Part shown: positions 47,387-56,359 of the stretch, piece by piece
How positions within the stretch are numbered: position 1 is the first letter of the stretch
Layout of the letters: each line of letters starts with the position of its first letter
The notes under the pieces: generated by a model
Databases searched by the model: none
Seen by the model: only the letters and a program-made list of their open reading frames with translations
Told to the model about the DNA's origin: nothing
Position numbers and translations under genes: made by a program
NCBI GenBank assembly: GCA_001873435.1
Contig: MNZB01000002.1
Location: 129,620-193,619, forward strand
Length of the DNA: 64,000 nucleotides
Direction: 5' to 3'
Origin: Candidatus Pacebacteria bacterium CG2_30_36_39
GTDB taxonomy: Bacteria; Patescibacteriota; Microgenomatia; UBA1400; PJMF01

Positions 47387-49099
47387 ATGAAAAAATGGCT
47401 AATTTTCTTGAGTGTTTTATTGGTTAGCCTTGCTATTTATTTCCGTTTTTTTCAGTTGGGCAAAGTTCCTGTTTCATTATATTGGGATGAAATTGCTATT
47501 TTGGTTGATGCTCGATCAGTTGCTGAGACTGGTTTGGATATGCATGGCAATTCTATGTGGCAAACTATTTTTCCGTCATATGGTGATTATAAATTGCCAG
47601 TCTATATTTGGTTGGCAAGCTTGAGTGTCAAATTATTTGGAGCTAATGAATGGGCTGTTCGTTTGCCATCAGCTCTTGCTGGGCTAGGAACTGTTTTAAT
47701 GGCTTTTGTTTTGGCTCATGAGTTTTTCCCAATGAGTTTTAAAAAAGAAAAAGATCATTCTTTTTTTCATCAACATTTATTTTTACCTGTTTTGAGTGCT
47801 GGAATAATAGCTATAGCTCCCTGGTCAGTGCTGTTTTCTAGAACTGCTTTTGAGGGTCACTTGGCTCAATTTCTAGTTACTCTGAGTATTTGGTTTGCTT
47901 TAAAACAAAAGAAATATTGGGGTTGGGGTTTAATGGCAGCAGTACTGGGCAGCATTGCAACATATACCTATTTTTCAGTTCGGTATGTTTGGCCAGTAGT
48001 TTTTGTTTTAACTACCATTCTTTTTGTTTGGCAATATAAAAAGAATTGGTGGCGTCAAGCCTTACTGCTAATAGTTCTCCCGCTAATAACATATTTTTGG
48101 AGTTTGCAGCCTATGTACGAATCTCCTTTGTATGAGGTTAGTACTCAGTTTCGGTTGAGTACTACTTCTGTTTTAAATATGGCTGATTGGCCAGTCGTGA
48201 GTAACGAATATAAGTTGCAAGCTGGGAATACATATTTAGACAAAATTATTTATCATCCCAAGCTTTTATTGGCCAGAGAATTAGTTAAGAACTATGCTGA
48301 CAATATGTCTTTGGACTTTTTGTTTTTTACTGGAGACTCTAACTTACGTCATGGTACTGGTAATCATGGTTTGTTTTTATGGATTTTTCTACCTGGATTT
48401 TTCTATGGTTGGTATAGGTTATTTCCCAAGCATTGGAAGCAGGGCTTACTGTTTTTAGTTTGGTGGTTGGTTGCTTTATTACCAGCTTCAGTGCCAGAAA
48501 GTACTCCACATGCTTTGCGTTCTTTAAATGCTCTAATGCCTTTGACTTTAGTAATTGGCTGGGGAAGTTATCGTCTTCTTTTGGATGCTGAAAAACTAAA
48601 ATCTTGTAAATTTATTTTTCTTAAGAAAATTTGTCCAGTTTTGTTTTTGGGTATTATTTTTTTGAGTTTCTTGGTAGTTTTTGATTTTAATGAATATCTA
48701 TTTAAAGTTTATCCCAAGACTTCTGCCACTAGCTGGCAAGCTGGTTATAAAGAACTAGCTCATGTTTTGTGGCAAGAAAAAGATGGTAAGGATACTATTT
48801 GGATAGAGTCTTTTGATGGACGTTTTCATCTTTGGTTGATGGGTTATGAAATGCCAGTTAATGAGTTTGCTCAATTAAAATATGAGAACTATGTTCCTGA
48901 TAAACTAGGTGGTAATATTGTGATTAAGCCATTTGATTGGGATAAAGGTTTGACTATGGAACCAAAGACTATCGTTGCTGGAACTAAAAATGAGGTTGAT
49001 GCTCATTTAAAACTTTTTCCTATTAAACCAACTTGGTACAAAATAATAACAATAGAAGATAGTTCAACTCCGTTTGCTGTGGTTTATTTTGAAAAGTGA
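47387..49099 (+). CDS. GT-C glycosyltransferase, 'DE...FGDxK' family
   Basis: YWDEIA...ETG.D.HG...SYGDYKLP, VRLPSA, APW..FSRTAFE, LRH, PHALR. Confidence 0.86.
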   Translation: MKKWLIFLSVLLVSLAIYFRFFQLGKVPVSLYWDEIAILVDARSVAETGLDMHGNSMWQTIFPSYGDYKLPVYIWLASLSVKLFGANEWAVRLPSALAGLGTVLMAFVLAHEFFPMSFKKEKDHSFFHQHLFLPVLSAGIIAIAPWSVLFSRTAFEGHLAQFLVTLSIWFALKQKKYWGWGLMAAVLGSIATYTYFSVRYVWPVVFVLTTILFVWQYKKNWWRQALLLIVLPLITYFWSLQPMYESPLYEVSTQFRLSTTSVLNMADWPVVSNEYKLQAGNTYLDKIIYHPKLLLARELVKNYADNMSLDFLFFTGDSNLRHGTGNHGLFLWIFLPGFFYGWYRLFPKHWKQGLLFLVWWLVALLPASVPESTPHALRSLNALMPLTLVIGWGSYRLLLDAEKLKSCKFIFLKKICPVLFLGIIFLSFLVVFDFNEYLFKVYPKTSATSWQAGYKELAHVLWQEKDGKDTIWIESFDGRFHLWLMGYEMPVNEFAQLKYENYVPDKLGGNIVIKPFDWDKGLTMEPKTIVAGTKNEVDAHLKLFPIKPTWYKIITIEDSSTPFAVVYFEK

Positions 49100-50751
49100 T
49101 TATGAAGAAAAAAATAACTAAAATTAAGCAAGAGAATAAATTAGTTAGTTTTATTAAATTTTATGGTTTGTTAATTGCTGCTATTGTAGTTGGTTTTGTT
49201 ATTCGTATTTATAAAGTAGAAAATTTACCAGTAATTCTCAATCGAGACGAAGCAGCTCTTGCTTATAATGCCTATTTGCTTAAAGAAACTGGTATGGATG
49301 AGTGGGGTAGAAGTTGGCCATTGGCTTTAGAATCTTTTGGAGACTATAAATTACCAGGATATGTTTGGAGTTTGATTCCTGTTTTTTCTGTTTTTGGTCT
49401 TAATGATTTTGCTGTTCGTTTGCCATCAGTAATTGCTGGTACAGTTTTGATCTATGTTTTTTATCTTTGGTTGAAAGAACTAAGGATTAGTCATAATTTT
49501 TCAGTTTTAGCGGCTTGGTTGGTGAGTTTGTTACCTGTTTCAATCTTTTATTCTCGCATGGCTTTTGAAGCTAATTTGGGGTTAACACTTTTGGTTATTA
49601 GTCTTTGGTTGATTACAAATTTAAGTAATAAATGGAATAAGAAGAAATTTGTTTCTTTACTAATAATTACTTTTTTTAATATCTTTACTTACAATACTCC
49701 TTGGCTTTTACTGCCGTTTTTGGCGGTCTACAGTTGGTTGGTTTTTCCTAGAAATACTCAAAAAAAGAAAAATAATGTTTGGTTAGTGGTAATTAGTTTA
49801 TTGGGTTTATTTATTTTTGGTGCCAAAGTATTTTTGTCTTTAACAGCTCAAAAAAGTGGTATTACTATTTTTACCGATGAAACTGTTTGGAGTAATTGGA
49901 TTGCTTATCGTGAGCAATTAAGCCCAGCTTGGTTATGGTTTTTTGGTAGTAAATATGTTTATTGGTTGGGTTTGATTTGGGAAAATATTTGGCAGTCATT
50001 TTCTTTTAAGTTTTTGGTTACTAGCGGTGGAACTCATCCTTGGCATAATTTGCCACATTGGGGTCATTTGAATATTTTAATTTATATTCTTGGTTGGGTT
50101 GGTCTTGGTTTTACTTTTAAGCAGGTTTGGGCGGTTGGAGTAAAAAAGATTCTTAAATTTAATAAGCTTAGCGATGAGATTCGTTTTAATTTAGCTACTT
50201 TATTTTTATTTTTTAGTAGCTTAATTCCATCGGTGATCACAGTTGATTCTCCTCATGCTACTAGAAGTTTATTATTTATTATTTTCTGGGTCTATTGGGC
50301 TGTTAGAGCTTTGGAGTTTCTTTATAAACAGGCTTTTTGGCCAACCAAAGAGTTTTTCTGGATCTTAATTGCTTCGGTGATTTTTATTGAAAGTTTTTTC
50401 TACAACTATCAGTTGTTTGTAAAATATCCTAATAATCAAGGTATGTTTAATCCTGGTTTTGATTCTATGATTCAGTTTATTGATGAGAGAAGTCAGGAGA
50501 CAAAAGTAGCAATCGTTGATCCAACTGGTTATGAATATATTTTATTGGCCTGGTACTTAAAAGTTCCAGCCAATGAATACCTTGATAATAATGTGCGTCA
50601 GTTGCCAGATAAGATTGGTTTTAGTTATGGAGAAAGGGTTGGTCGGTTCCATTTCATTGCCAATCCAAATGATAAGGCTGCTGATGAGGAAGTATTATTG
50701 ATGCAGGCTGCAAATGGGAAGGGTTGGCAGATTCTTGGATTAACTTTATGA
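49096..50751 (+). CDS. GT-C glycosyltransferase, 'DE...FGDxK' family
   Basis: NRDEAALAYNAYLLKETGMDEWG...ESFGDYKLP, SRMAFE, PHATR. Confidence 0.86.
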   Translation: MIMKKKITKIKQENKLVSFIKFYGLLIAAIVVGFVIRIYKVENLPVILNRDEAALAYNAYLLKETGMDEWGRSWPLALESFGDYKLPGYVWSLIPVFSVFGLNDFAVRLPSVIAGTVLIYVFYLWLKELRISHNFSVLAAWLVSLLPVSIFYSRMAFEANLGLTLLVISLWLITNLSNKWNKKKFVSLLIITFFNIFTYNTPWLLLPFLAVYSWLVFPRNTQKKKNNVWLVVISLLGLFIFGAKVFLSLTAQKSGITIFTDETVWSNWIAYREQLSPAWLWFFGSKYVYWLGLIWENIWQSFSFKFLVTSGGTHPWHNLPHWGHLNILIYILGWVGLGFTFKQVWAVGVKKILKFNKLSDEIRFNLATLFLFFSSLIPSVITVDSPHATRSLLFIIFWVYWAVRALEFLYKQAFWPTKEFFWILIASVIFIESFFYNYQLFVKYPNNQGMFNPGFDSMIQFIDERSQETKVAIVDPTGYEYILLAWYLKVPANEYLDNNVRQLPDKIGFSYGERVGRFHFIANPNDKAADEEVLLMQAANGKGWQILGLTL

Positions 50752-51527
50752 AAAAAATATCAGTGGTTTTGGCTACTTATAATGAGGAAAAAAATCTAAA
50801 TATGTGTTTGGATTCAGTCGTTGATTTGGCTGATGAGATCATTGTGGTTGATGGTAGTTCTACTGATAGAACTAGGGAAATTGCTCAAGAATACAAGGCA
50901 AAAGTTATTAAAACTACTAATAAACCAAATTTTCATATCAATAAACAAATGGCGATGGATAAGGCAACTGGAGAGATTATTCTTCAATTGGATGCAGATG
51001 AAGTTGTTGACCATGATTTAAAGAAGTTTATTAGAAGTTTGGCAAAGTTTTCTGATCTAACTAAGCTTTCTGAAGTGGCGTGGTGGGTGCCTAGAAAAAA
51101 TTTGTTCCTAGGCAGATGGTTGACTAAAGGTGGGCAATATCCAGATCCAGTTATTAGATTGTATTTAGCCAATAAAGCTCGCTTGCCACAAAAAGATGTG
51201 CATGAGCAGATGCAGGTTGATGGAGAAGTTGGTTGGGCCAAAGGTCATCTTTTGCATTACTCCAATCCTTCATTTACAGATTACATGCGTAAGTTCAATA
51301 CTTATACTTCTTTTAAGGCTCAGCAATGGGCTGATGAGGGTAAAAGGGCTCAGTGGTGGGGAATTGGCTATTATATGATTTGGTTGCCTTTACTTACTTT
51401 TTTGAAGTTATATCTAAGACATCGTGGTTATGTAGATGGTTATCCAGGGTTTGTTTTTGCTTTGATGAGTGGTTTGCATTTTAGTATTGCCTATTTGAAA
51501 CTGTGGGAGCTTCAGCAAAAATTATGA
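50748..51527 (+). CDS. GT2 glycosyltransferase (KdtX/WaaE-like)
   Basis: ISVVLATYNEE, ADEIIVVDGSSTDRT, LDADE, YPD..IRL, VHE, GYVDG..G. Confidence 0.88.
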   Translation: MKKISVVLATYNEEKNLNMCLDSVVDLADEIIVVDGSSTDRTREIAQEYKAKVIKTTNKPNFHINKQMAMDKATGEIILQLDADEVVDHDLKKFIRSLAKFSDLTKLSEVAWWVPRKNLFLGRWLTKGGQYPDPVIRLYLANKARLPQKDVHEQMQVDGEVGWAKGHLLHYSNPSFTDYMRKFNTYTSFKAQQWADEGKRAQWWGIGYYMIWLPLLTFLKLYLRHRGYVDGYPGFVFALMSGLHFSIAYLKLWELQQKL

Positions 51528-52573
51528 AAGTTTTAATGGATGTTCAACCCCTATCTTCTGGTCACGCAGTGCGTGGAGTAGGGATGTATACCAGATTTCT
51601 ATTGCAGGCTTTGGAAAAATTGGAGAATAAGAATGATTTTGAGATTTTTAGGTCTGGGTTAGAAGATCCAAGCAAAGTGGATATTGTTCATTATCCTTTT
51701 TTTGATTTATTTTTTCCCACACTCCCCTTTCGTCGAAAGGGGAAAACGGTGGTGACTATTCATGATGTGATACCTCTTTTATTTCCAGAGCGTTATCAGC
51801 CAGGTAAAAAAGGCAAGATTGTTTTTCTTAGACAAAAGTTAGCCTTAAAAACTATTGATGCAATAATTACTGATTCTCATGCTTCGAAGAAGGATATTGT
51901 TTTTCATTTGGGTGTACCAGCAGAAAAGGTTCACGTAGTTTATCTAGCAGCCAATCCTTATTTGCAGCCAATAAATGATTCTCAGGCTGATGTTTTGCGT
52001 AAAAAATTGGGTTTGCCAAAGACTTATGTTTTGTATGTTGGAGATATTAATTATAATAAAAATGTGCCGCAATTGATTAAGGCACTCAAGTATCTACCTC
52101 GTCATGTTAATTTGGTGTGTGTGGGTAAGAATTTTGTTGAACAAGATATTCCTGAGTGGAAAGAGCTTGCTGCTCAGGTGGCATTGAGTGATGTGGCTGA
52201 TAGAGTTAAGTTTGTGTCTGATGTTTTGTCTGATGATTATGAAACTTTGGCTGGTATTTATTCTGGTGCTTTGGTTTATGTTCAACCTTCGTTATATGAG
52301 GGTTTTGGTTTGCCGATTTTGGAGGCGATGCGTTGTAAGACTCCAGTGATTGTAGCTAAGAATTCTTCAATGAAGGAGATTGGTGGTGAAGTAGCTATTT
52401 TTAGTGGGACTGAGGCTGAGGATTTTGCTGAAGGGATTGAGGGGGTTTTGAATTTGTCAGATAATAAGAGAGAAGAAATGATTAGTAGGGCAAGTAAGTG
52501 GGAAAAGCAGTTTACTTGGGATAAGACAGCAAGAGAGACAAAGAAAATCTATCAATTAATGTTAGAGAAATAA
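51524..52573 (+). CDS. GT4 glycosyltransferase (mannosyltransferase-like)
   Basis: RGVGMY, VVTIHDVIP, YVG..KN, PSLYEGFGLPILEAM, FTW. Confidence 0.92.
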   Translation: MKVLMDVQPLSSGHAVRGVGMYTRFLLQALEKLENKNDFEIFRSGLEDPSKVDIVHYPFFDLFFPTLPFRRKGKTVVTIHDVIPLLFPERYQPGKKGKIVFLRQKLALKTIDAIITDSHASKKDIVFHLGVPAEKVHVVYLAANPYLQPINDSQADVLRKKLGLPKTYVLYVGDINYNKNVPQLIKALKYLPRHVNLVCVGKNFVEQDIPEWKELAAQVALSDVADRVKFVSDVLSDDYETLAGIYSGALVYVQPSLYEGFGLPILEAMRCKTPVIVAKNSSMKEIGGEVAIFSGTEAEDFAEGIEGVLNLSDNKREEMISRASKWEKQFTWDKTARETKKIYQLMLEK

Positions 52574-52577
52574 CTAA

Positions 52578-54284
52578 ATGTTTAACTGTGGGTTTGGCAA
52601 AAATATTATTGGGCATAAGAAGTTTTTATTAACTATTTTGTTGGTTGTTGGTTTGCCTTTTTTAGCTTTGGTTAAACCATATTTTCATCTTGGAGTTCCC
52701 TATACTCATGATGGTGAAAATCATTTGGCTCGTTTTGCTAATTATAAGATTGCTCTTAAAGAAGGTCAGTTTCCGCCTAGATTTGCTCCTAATTTAAATA
52801 ATCACTATGGTTATCCTGTTTTTAACTATAATTATCCACTAGCTAATATTTTGTCTTTGCCTTTTAGTTTGGTTGGTTTTTCTTATGAAATAACTTTTAA
52901 GTTGTTGATGGTTTTTTCGTTGGTTTCTGGGGTGACTGGTATATTCTATTGGTTGGGATCATTAAAGATTGGGTCAGTTCAAACTAGGTTGTTGGCAGGG
53001 GTGAGCCTTTTATTAGCTCCTTTTACTATCAATTTGATTTATGTGAGGGGTAGTGTTGGCGAGATGATGATGCTGGGTATTTTTCCTTGGTTGCTATGGT
53101 TGGTTCACGAGATTAGAGAAGCTGTTAAAGCAAAAAGGCAGTTGTCGTGGTTGGTTAGTACTACTATTTTAGTGGCTTTTCTTTTGGCACATAATATTTC
53201 AGTGCTTTTTGGCGGAGTTATTTGGTTTGTTTATTGTTTGGTGATATTTGGTAAGGATAAGAGGTCTTGGAGGTTATGGTTGGTTAGGAGTTTGTTGGCT
53301 TTTGGTATGACGCTGTGGTTTTGGTTGCCGGCTTTGGCTGAGAAGAATGAGGTGATTTTGGATCAGGCGAGTTTGTCTTCTCAGTATAGTAATCATTTTG
53401 TGAGGTTGATGCAGTTAATAGTTTCTCCGTTGCAGTTTGGTTATTCTTTTGCGGCTCCAGTGGATACGATGAGTTTGGCTGTGGGGTTGAGTGGGTTGTT
53501 GGGTTTAGTAATTTTTGTTTTGTTGCTGATTAAGAATAAGCAGATTAAAAAAGATTATCCATTGTCTGTTGGTTTGGTGGTGATTGGTTTGTTTTTGTTG
53601 TTTTTGCAAACTGAGTATTCTGTTTTTATTTGGAAGGTTGTTCCTTTGGTTTCTTTTATTCAGTTTCCTTGGCGTTTGAGTTTGTTTTTCGTTGTTTTGG
53701 TTTTGCCTTTGCTTGCTATCGTGATGGATTATAGTAGGTTCTGGAAATATGTTTTTATTCTTGTTTTGGGTGTTCAGTTTCATAGTTTATTACAGCTTCA
53801 ACCAGCTGATTATTTGCATAAAGAAAAGGTTGAGTATGATCTTTTTTCTCAAAGTACTAGTACGGCAAATGAGAATCTTCCAAAGAATTTTACATATTCT
53901 AATTTTGCAGATTGGTCTCCTGCTCCAGTGGTTCTGGACGGAGATGCGAGTGTGTTGGTGAGTAAATGGTCTGGTACAGAAAAAAAATATTCTGTTGTTG
54001 TTAATAATAAATCACTGGTTGTAGAACCAACTATGTATTTTTTGGGTTGGCAGACTGAGGTGAATGATAAGTTAGTTTCTTATGCGCAGATGAAAGAGAC
54101 ACAGGGTAGAATTGGTTATTGGCTTGAGCCTGGTACTTATCAGGTTAAAACTATTTTTACTCAAAAGACTTGGGCTAGAAGAGTTGGTAATGGCTTGAGC
54201 ATTTTTAGTACGATGATTGCTAGTTGGTATATTGTCCATGAGCTCTATCAATGGAGAAAGAGATGTGCCGAAGCTGCCTTATAG
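52578..54284 (+). CDS. GT-C-like membrane protein (YfhO/PTPS-related family)
   Basis: THDGENH, GQFPPRF...YGYPVF, RGSVGE, LAHN, QFPWR, YFLGW. Confidence 0.8.
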   Translation: MFNCGFGKNIIGHKKFLLTILLVVGLPFLALVKPYFHLGVPYTHDGENHLARFANYKIALKEGQFPPRFAPNLNNHYGYPVFNYNYPLANILSLPFSLVGFSYEITFKLLMVFSLVSGVTGIFYWLGSLKIGSVQTRLLAGVSLLLAPFTINLIYVRGSVGEMMMLGIFPWLLWLVHEIREAVKAKRQLSWLVSTTILVAFLLAHNISVLFGGVIWFVYCLVIFGKDKRSWRLWLVRSLLAFGMTLWFWLPALAEKNEVILDQASLSSQYSNHFVRLMQLIVSPLQFGYSFAAPVDTMSLAVGLSGLLGLVIFVLLLIKNKQIKKDYPLSVGLVVIGLFLLFLQTEYSVFIWKVVPLVSFIQFPWRLSLFFVVLVLPLLAIVMDYSRFWKYVFILVLGVQFHSLLQLQPADYLHKEKVEYDLFSQSTSTANENLPKNFTYSNFADWSPAPVVLDGDASVLVSKWSGTEKKYSVVVNNKSLVVEPTMYFLGWQTEVNDKLVSYAQMKETQGRIGYWLEPGTYQVKTIFTQKTWARRVGNGLSIFSTMIASWYIVHELYQWRKRCAEAAL

Positions 54285-55440
54285 AAAAATATTATCTGCT
54301 GTAATTATTTGGCGGTTGAGTTTGTTTTTTGTTGGTTGGCTGGCGACCTTTATCTTGTCTTATAGTCCAAGCTTTCCTTATGCTAAAGAAATTCTCAATT
54401 CAATGGGTTTGCCCCGTTGGGTTTCTGCCTGGGGAGGCTTTGATGGAGTGCATTATTTGACTATAGCTTCTAAAGGATATTTTGGGACTGCTTTTATTCA
54501 GGCGTTTTTCCCAGTTTTTCCTTTGCTCATTAGTTTTATTCAGCATTTCTTTGTTTATAAACTGTTAAGTTTTGTGATGATTCTAGTGTTTCAAGTGATA
54601 ATTCTTTATTTTCTTTTGATTCTTTTTATGTCTTTGATAAATATTGATAAGAAAAGCAATGTTTCATATTGGTCTGTTGTTGCTTTGCTTTTCTTTCCAA
54701 CCAGTTTTTTCTTTGGAGCGATTTATGGGGAAGGAATTTTTCTCTTTTTTATCTTTGCTAGCTTATTAGCTGCTAGAAAAAGATATTGGTGGGTAGCTGG
54801 TTTGTTTGGGGCTTTTGCCAGTGCCACTAGGATTGTGGGAGTTGCTATTTGGCCAGCTCTTTTAATTGAGCTTTGGTTACAACAAAGTAAGACTGAGGTG
54901 ACAGTTGAAAATATTGTTTCTTTTATTAAGATTTTTCAGCTTAAGATCTTGGCGGTTTCCCTTAGTTTTCTAGGGCTATTTATCTATATGTTCTATTTGT
55001 GGAAAAATTTTAATGATCCCTTATATTTTTTTCATGTTCAGAGTCTGTTCGGGGCAGGTAGAGAAAGCAGTATTGTGTTGTTGCCACAGGTGGTTTGGCG
55101 ATATTTTAAGATCCTAACAACAGTGCCTTTTGACCTAAAGTTTTATGCTTATCTACAGGAGTTTGCTGTTAGTATGTTGTTTTTGGGGTTGTTGGTGTTT
55201 TGCTGGAAAAAGATTAGGTTTTCATATTTAGTTTTTTCTGTTTTAGTTTATTTGCTGCCTACTCTTACTGGTACATTTTCTAGTATGCCTAGGTATGTGT
55301 TGGTTTGTTTTCCTGTTTTCATTTTAATTGGGGAGTGGCTGAGTAAATATCCAAAGATTAGGCCATACTATTTTTTTATCAGTGGTCTATTTGCTGTGGT
55401 TAATACAATTCTCTTTATTCAGGGTTATTGGGTGGCTTAG
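54217..55440 (+). CDS. PIG-V-like (GT76) membrane mannosyltransferase
   Basis: W..FDGVHY..IA..GY, AFFPVFP, FF.AIY.E..F, ASATR..G, SMPRY. Start uncertain. Confidence 0.82.
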   Translation: MLVGILSMSSINGERDVPKLPYRKILSAVIIWRLSLFFVGWLATFILSYSPSFPYAKEILNSMGLPRWVSAWGGFDGVHYLTIASKGYFGTAFIQAFFPVFPLLISFIQHFFVYKLLSFVMILVFQVIILYFLLILFMSLINIDKKSNVSYWSVVALLFFPTSFFFGAIYGEGIFLFFIFASLLAARKRYWWVAGLFGAFASATRIVGVAIWPALLIELWLQQSKTEVTVENIVSFIKIFQLKILAVSLSFLGLFIYMFYLWKNFNDPLYFFHVQSLFGAGRESSIVLLPQVVWRYFKILTTVPFDLKFYAYLQEFAVSMLFLGLLVFCWKKIRFSYLVFSVLVYLLPTLTGTFSSMPRYVLVCFPVFILIGEWLSKYPKIRPYYFFISGLFAVVNTILFIQGYWVA

Positions 55441-55443
55441 GAT

Positions 55444-55514
55444 AAAAGAATAAACAGGAGTGCTTTTGAAGGCTTGTTGCTCGAACCCCTGTTTATCTTT
55501 TTGCGGCACCCTAG
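55444..55514 (-). other. Structured 3' trailer carrying the 3' strands of long-range helices; alternatively a local terminator hairpin
   Basis: 55453-55465 complementary to 56180-56192; 55502-55511 complementary to 56130-56139; local stem ATAAACAGG/CCTGTTTAT (55450-58/55488-96). Confidence 0.65.
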
Positions 55515-55517
55515 GTA

Positions 55518-56111
55518 TTAAAACGGTAAGGGAAAGACAAACTTGCCAGTTAGAAGAGCTGGTAAGTTGACGATCAAGGCGATGGGCCAGCCGGGGAGGT
55601 CATAGACAAAGAACTGCCATAGACCGCGCGGAATGCCCAGGTTAACCTTGAAGATGATTTGGGCCAAGTACATGGCTCCGCCGATAGGATCCCAGGCGCT
55701 AGTACGTCCACAGCCGGGATGGCGTAGGCCATGGCTGCGGAGAAGTACAAACTCTGGGCCGAAGTTGAAGATGAACTGAGCCCAGAGGGCCAGGACGTCG
55801 ACAACGGACATAACAAATTGGGCGCCGGCTAGATAAATCAGCCAGTCCCAGCTTGGGAAGAGATAGACGTAGGCTAACCAAGGGATGATCCCAAAGGTAT
55901 AGGTGCCTACGCCACCGGCGATACGATATTTAGTCTTTTCGCGGTGGTCAACGCAGCCTGCGCCATGATCTGCGCTAGGGCTTAATTCCATGTGATGGGT
56001 TAAGCCTAGGTAGAATAAGAGCGGTCCGTAGATCGCTGTGGCGAGGGTTAGATAGACGAACCAGTCTTCTGGGGAGGCGTTGATTGCAAAGCCGAATAGT
56101 GTTTCAAGCAT
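55518..56111 (-). CDS. High-GC membrane protein with beta-carbonic-anhydrase-like Zn motifs
   Basis: CVDHR (CxDxR), RIAGG and HPGCG (HxxCG) interleaved with hydrophobic segments; about 55% GC in a sampled line; ATG 56111 has GGAG 9 nt upstream (track start 56126). Confidence 0.72.
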   Translation of the reverse strand: MLETLFGFAINASPEDWFVYLTLATAIYGPLLFYLGLTHHMELSPSADHGAGCVDHREKTKYRIAGGVGTYTFGIIPWLAYVYLFPSWDWLIYLAGAQFVMSVVDVLALWAQFIFNFGPEFVLLRSHGLRHPGCGRTSAWDPIGGAMYLAQIIFKVNLGIPRGLWQFFVYDLPGWPIALIVNLPALLTGKFVFPLPF

Positions 56112-56127
56112 TAGTAAAGTCTCCAAT

Positions 56128-56287
56128 CTGGGTGCCGCATAAAAAAGACGTTATCTGTTTTATGCGACAGCCAAATATGAAGCACTCCTGTTAAAGAGCT
56201 GGTTTGTTTGGTTGAAAACGATGCTTTTTCGTTAGAAACAAGCAAACCACCAGACTATATTATCTCATAATATATTGTTATTTACAA
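56128..56287 (-). promoter_or_regulatory. Promoter and structured leader with boxA-like motif
   Basis: TTGTAA-17-GATAAT (extended TG); hairpin about 56200-56249; AGCTCTTTAACA at 56200-56189, 11/12 match to rrn boxA TGCTCTTTAACA. Confidence 0.68.
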
Positions 56288-56359
56288 TATTTGGCTGTTC
56301 TTCTACTGACAAGAGAGTGGGAGTTGAATATAATTAAAAATTAGGTTTAACTCGAGATT

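Noticed and set aside
55444-55514. Integron attC site
   Set aside because: No convincing RYYYAAC/GTTRRRY ends, no cassette array or integrase, and the ORF has its own promoter.
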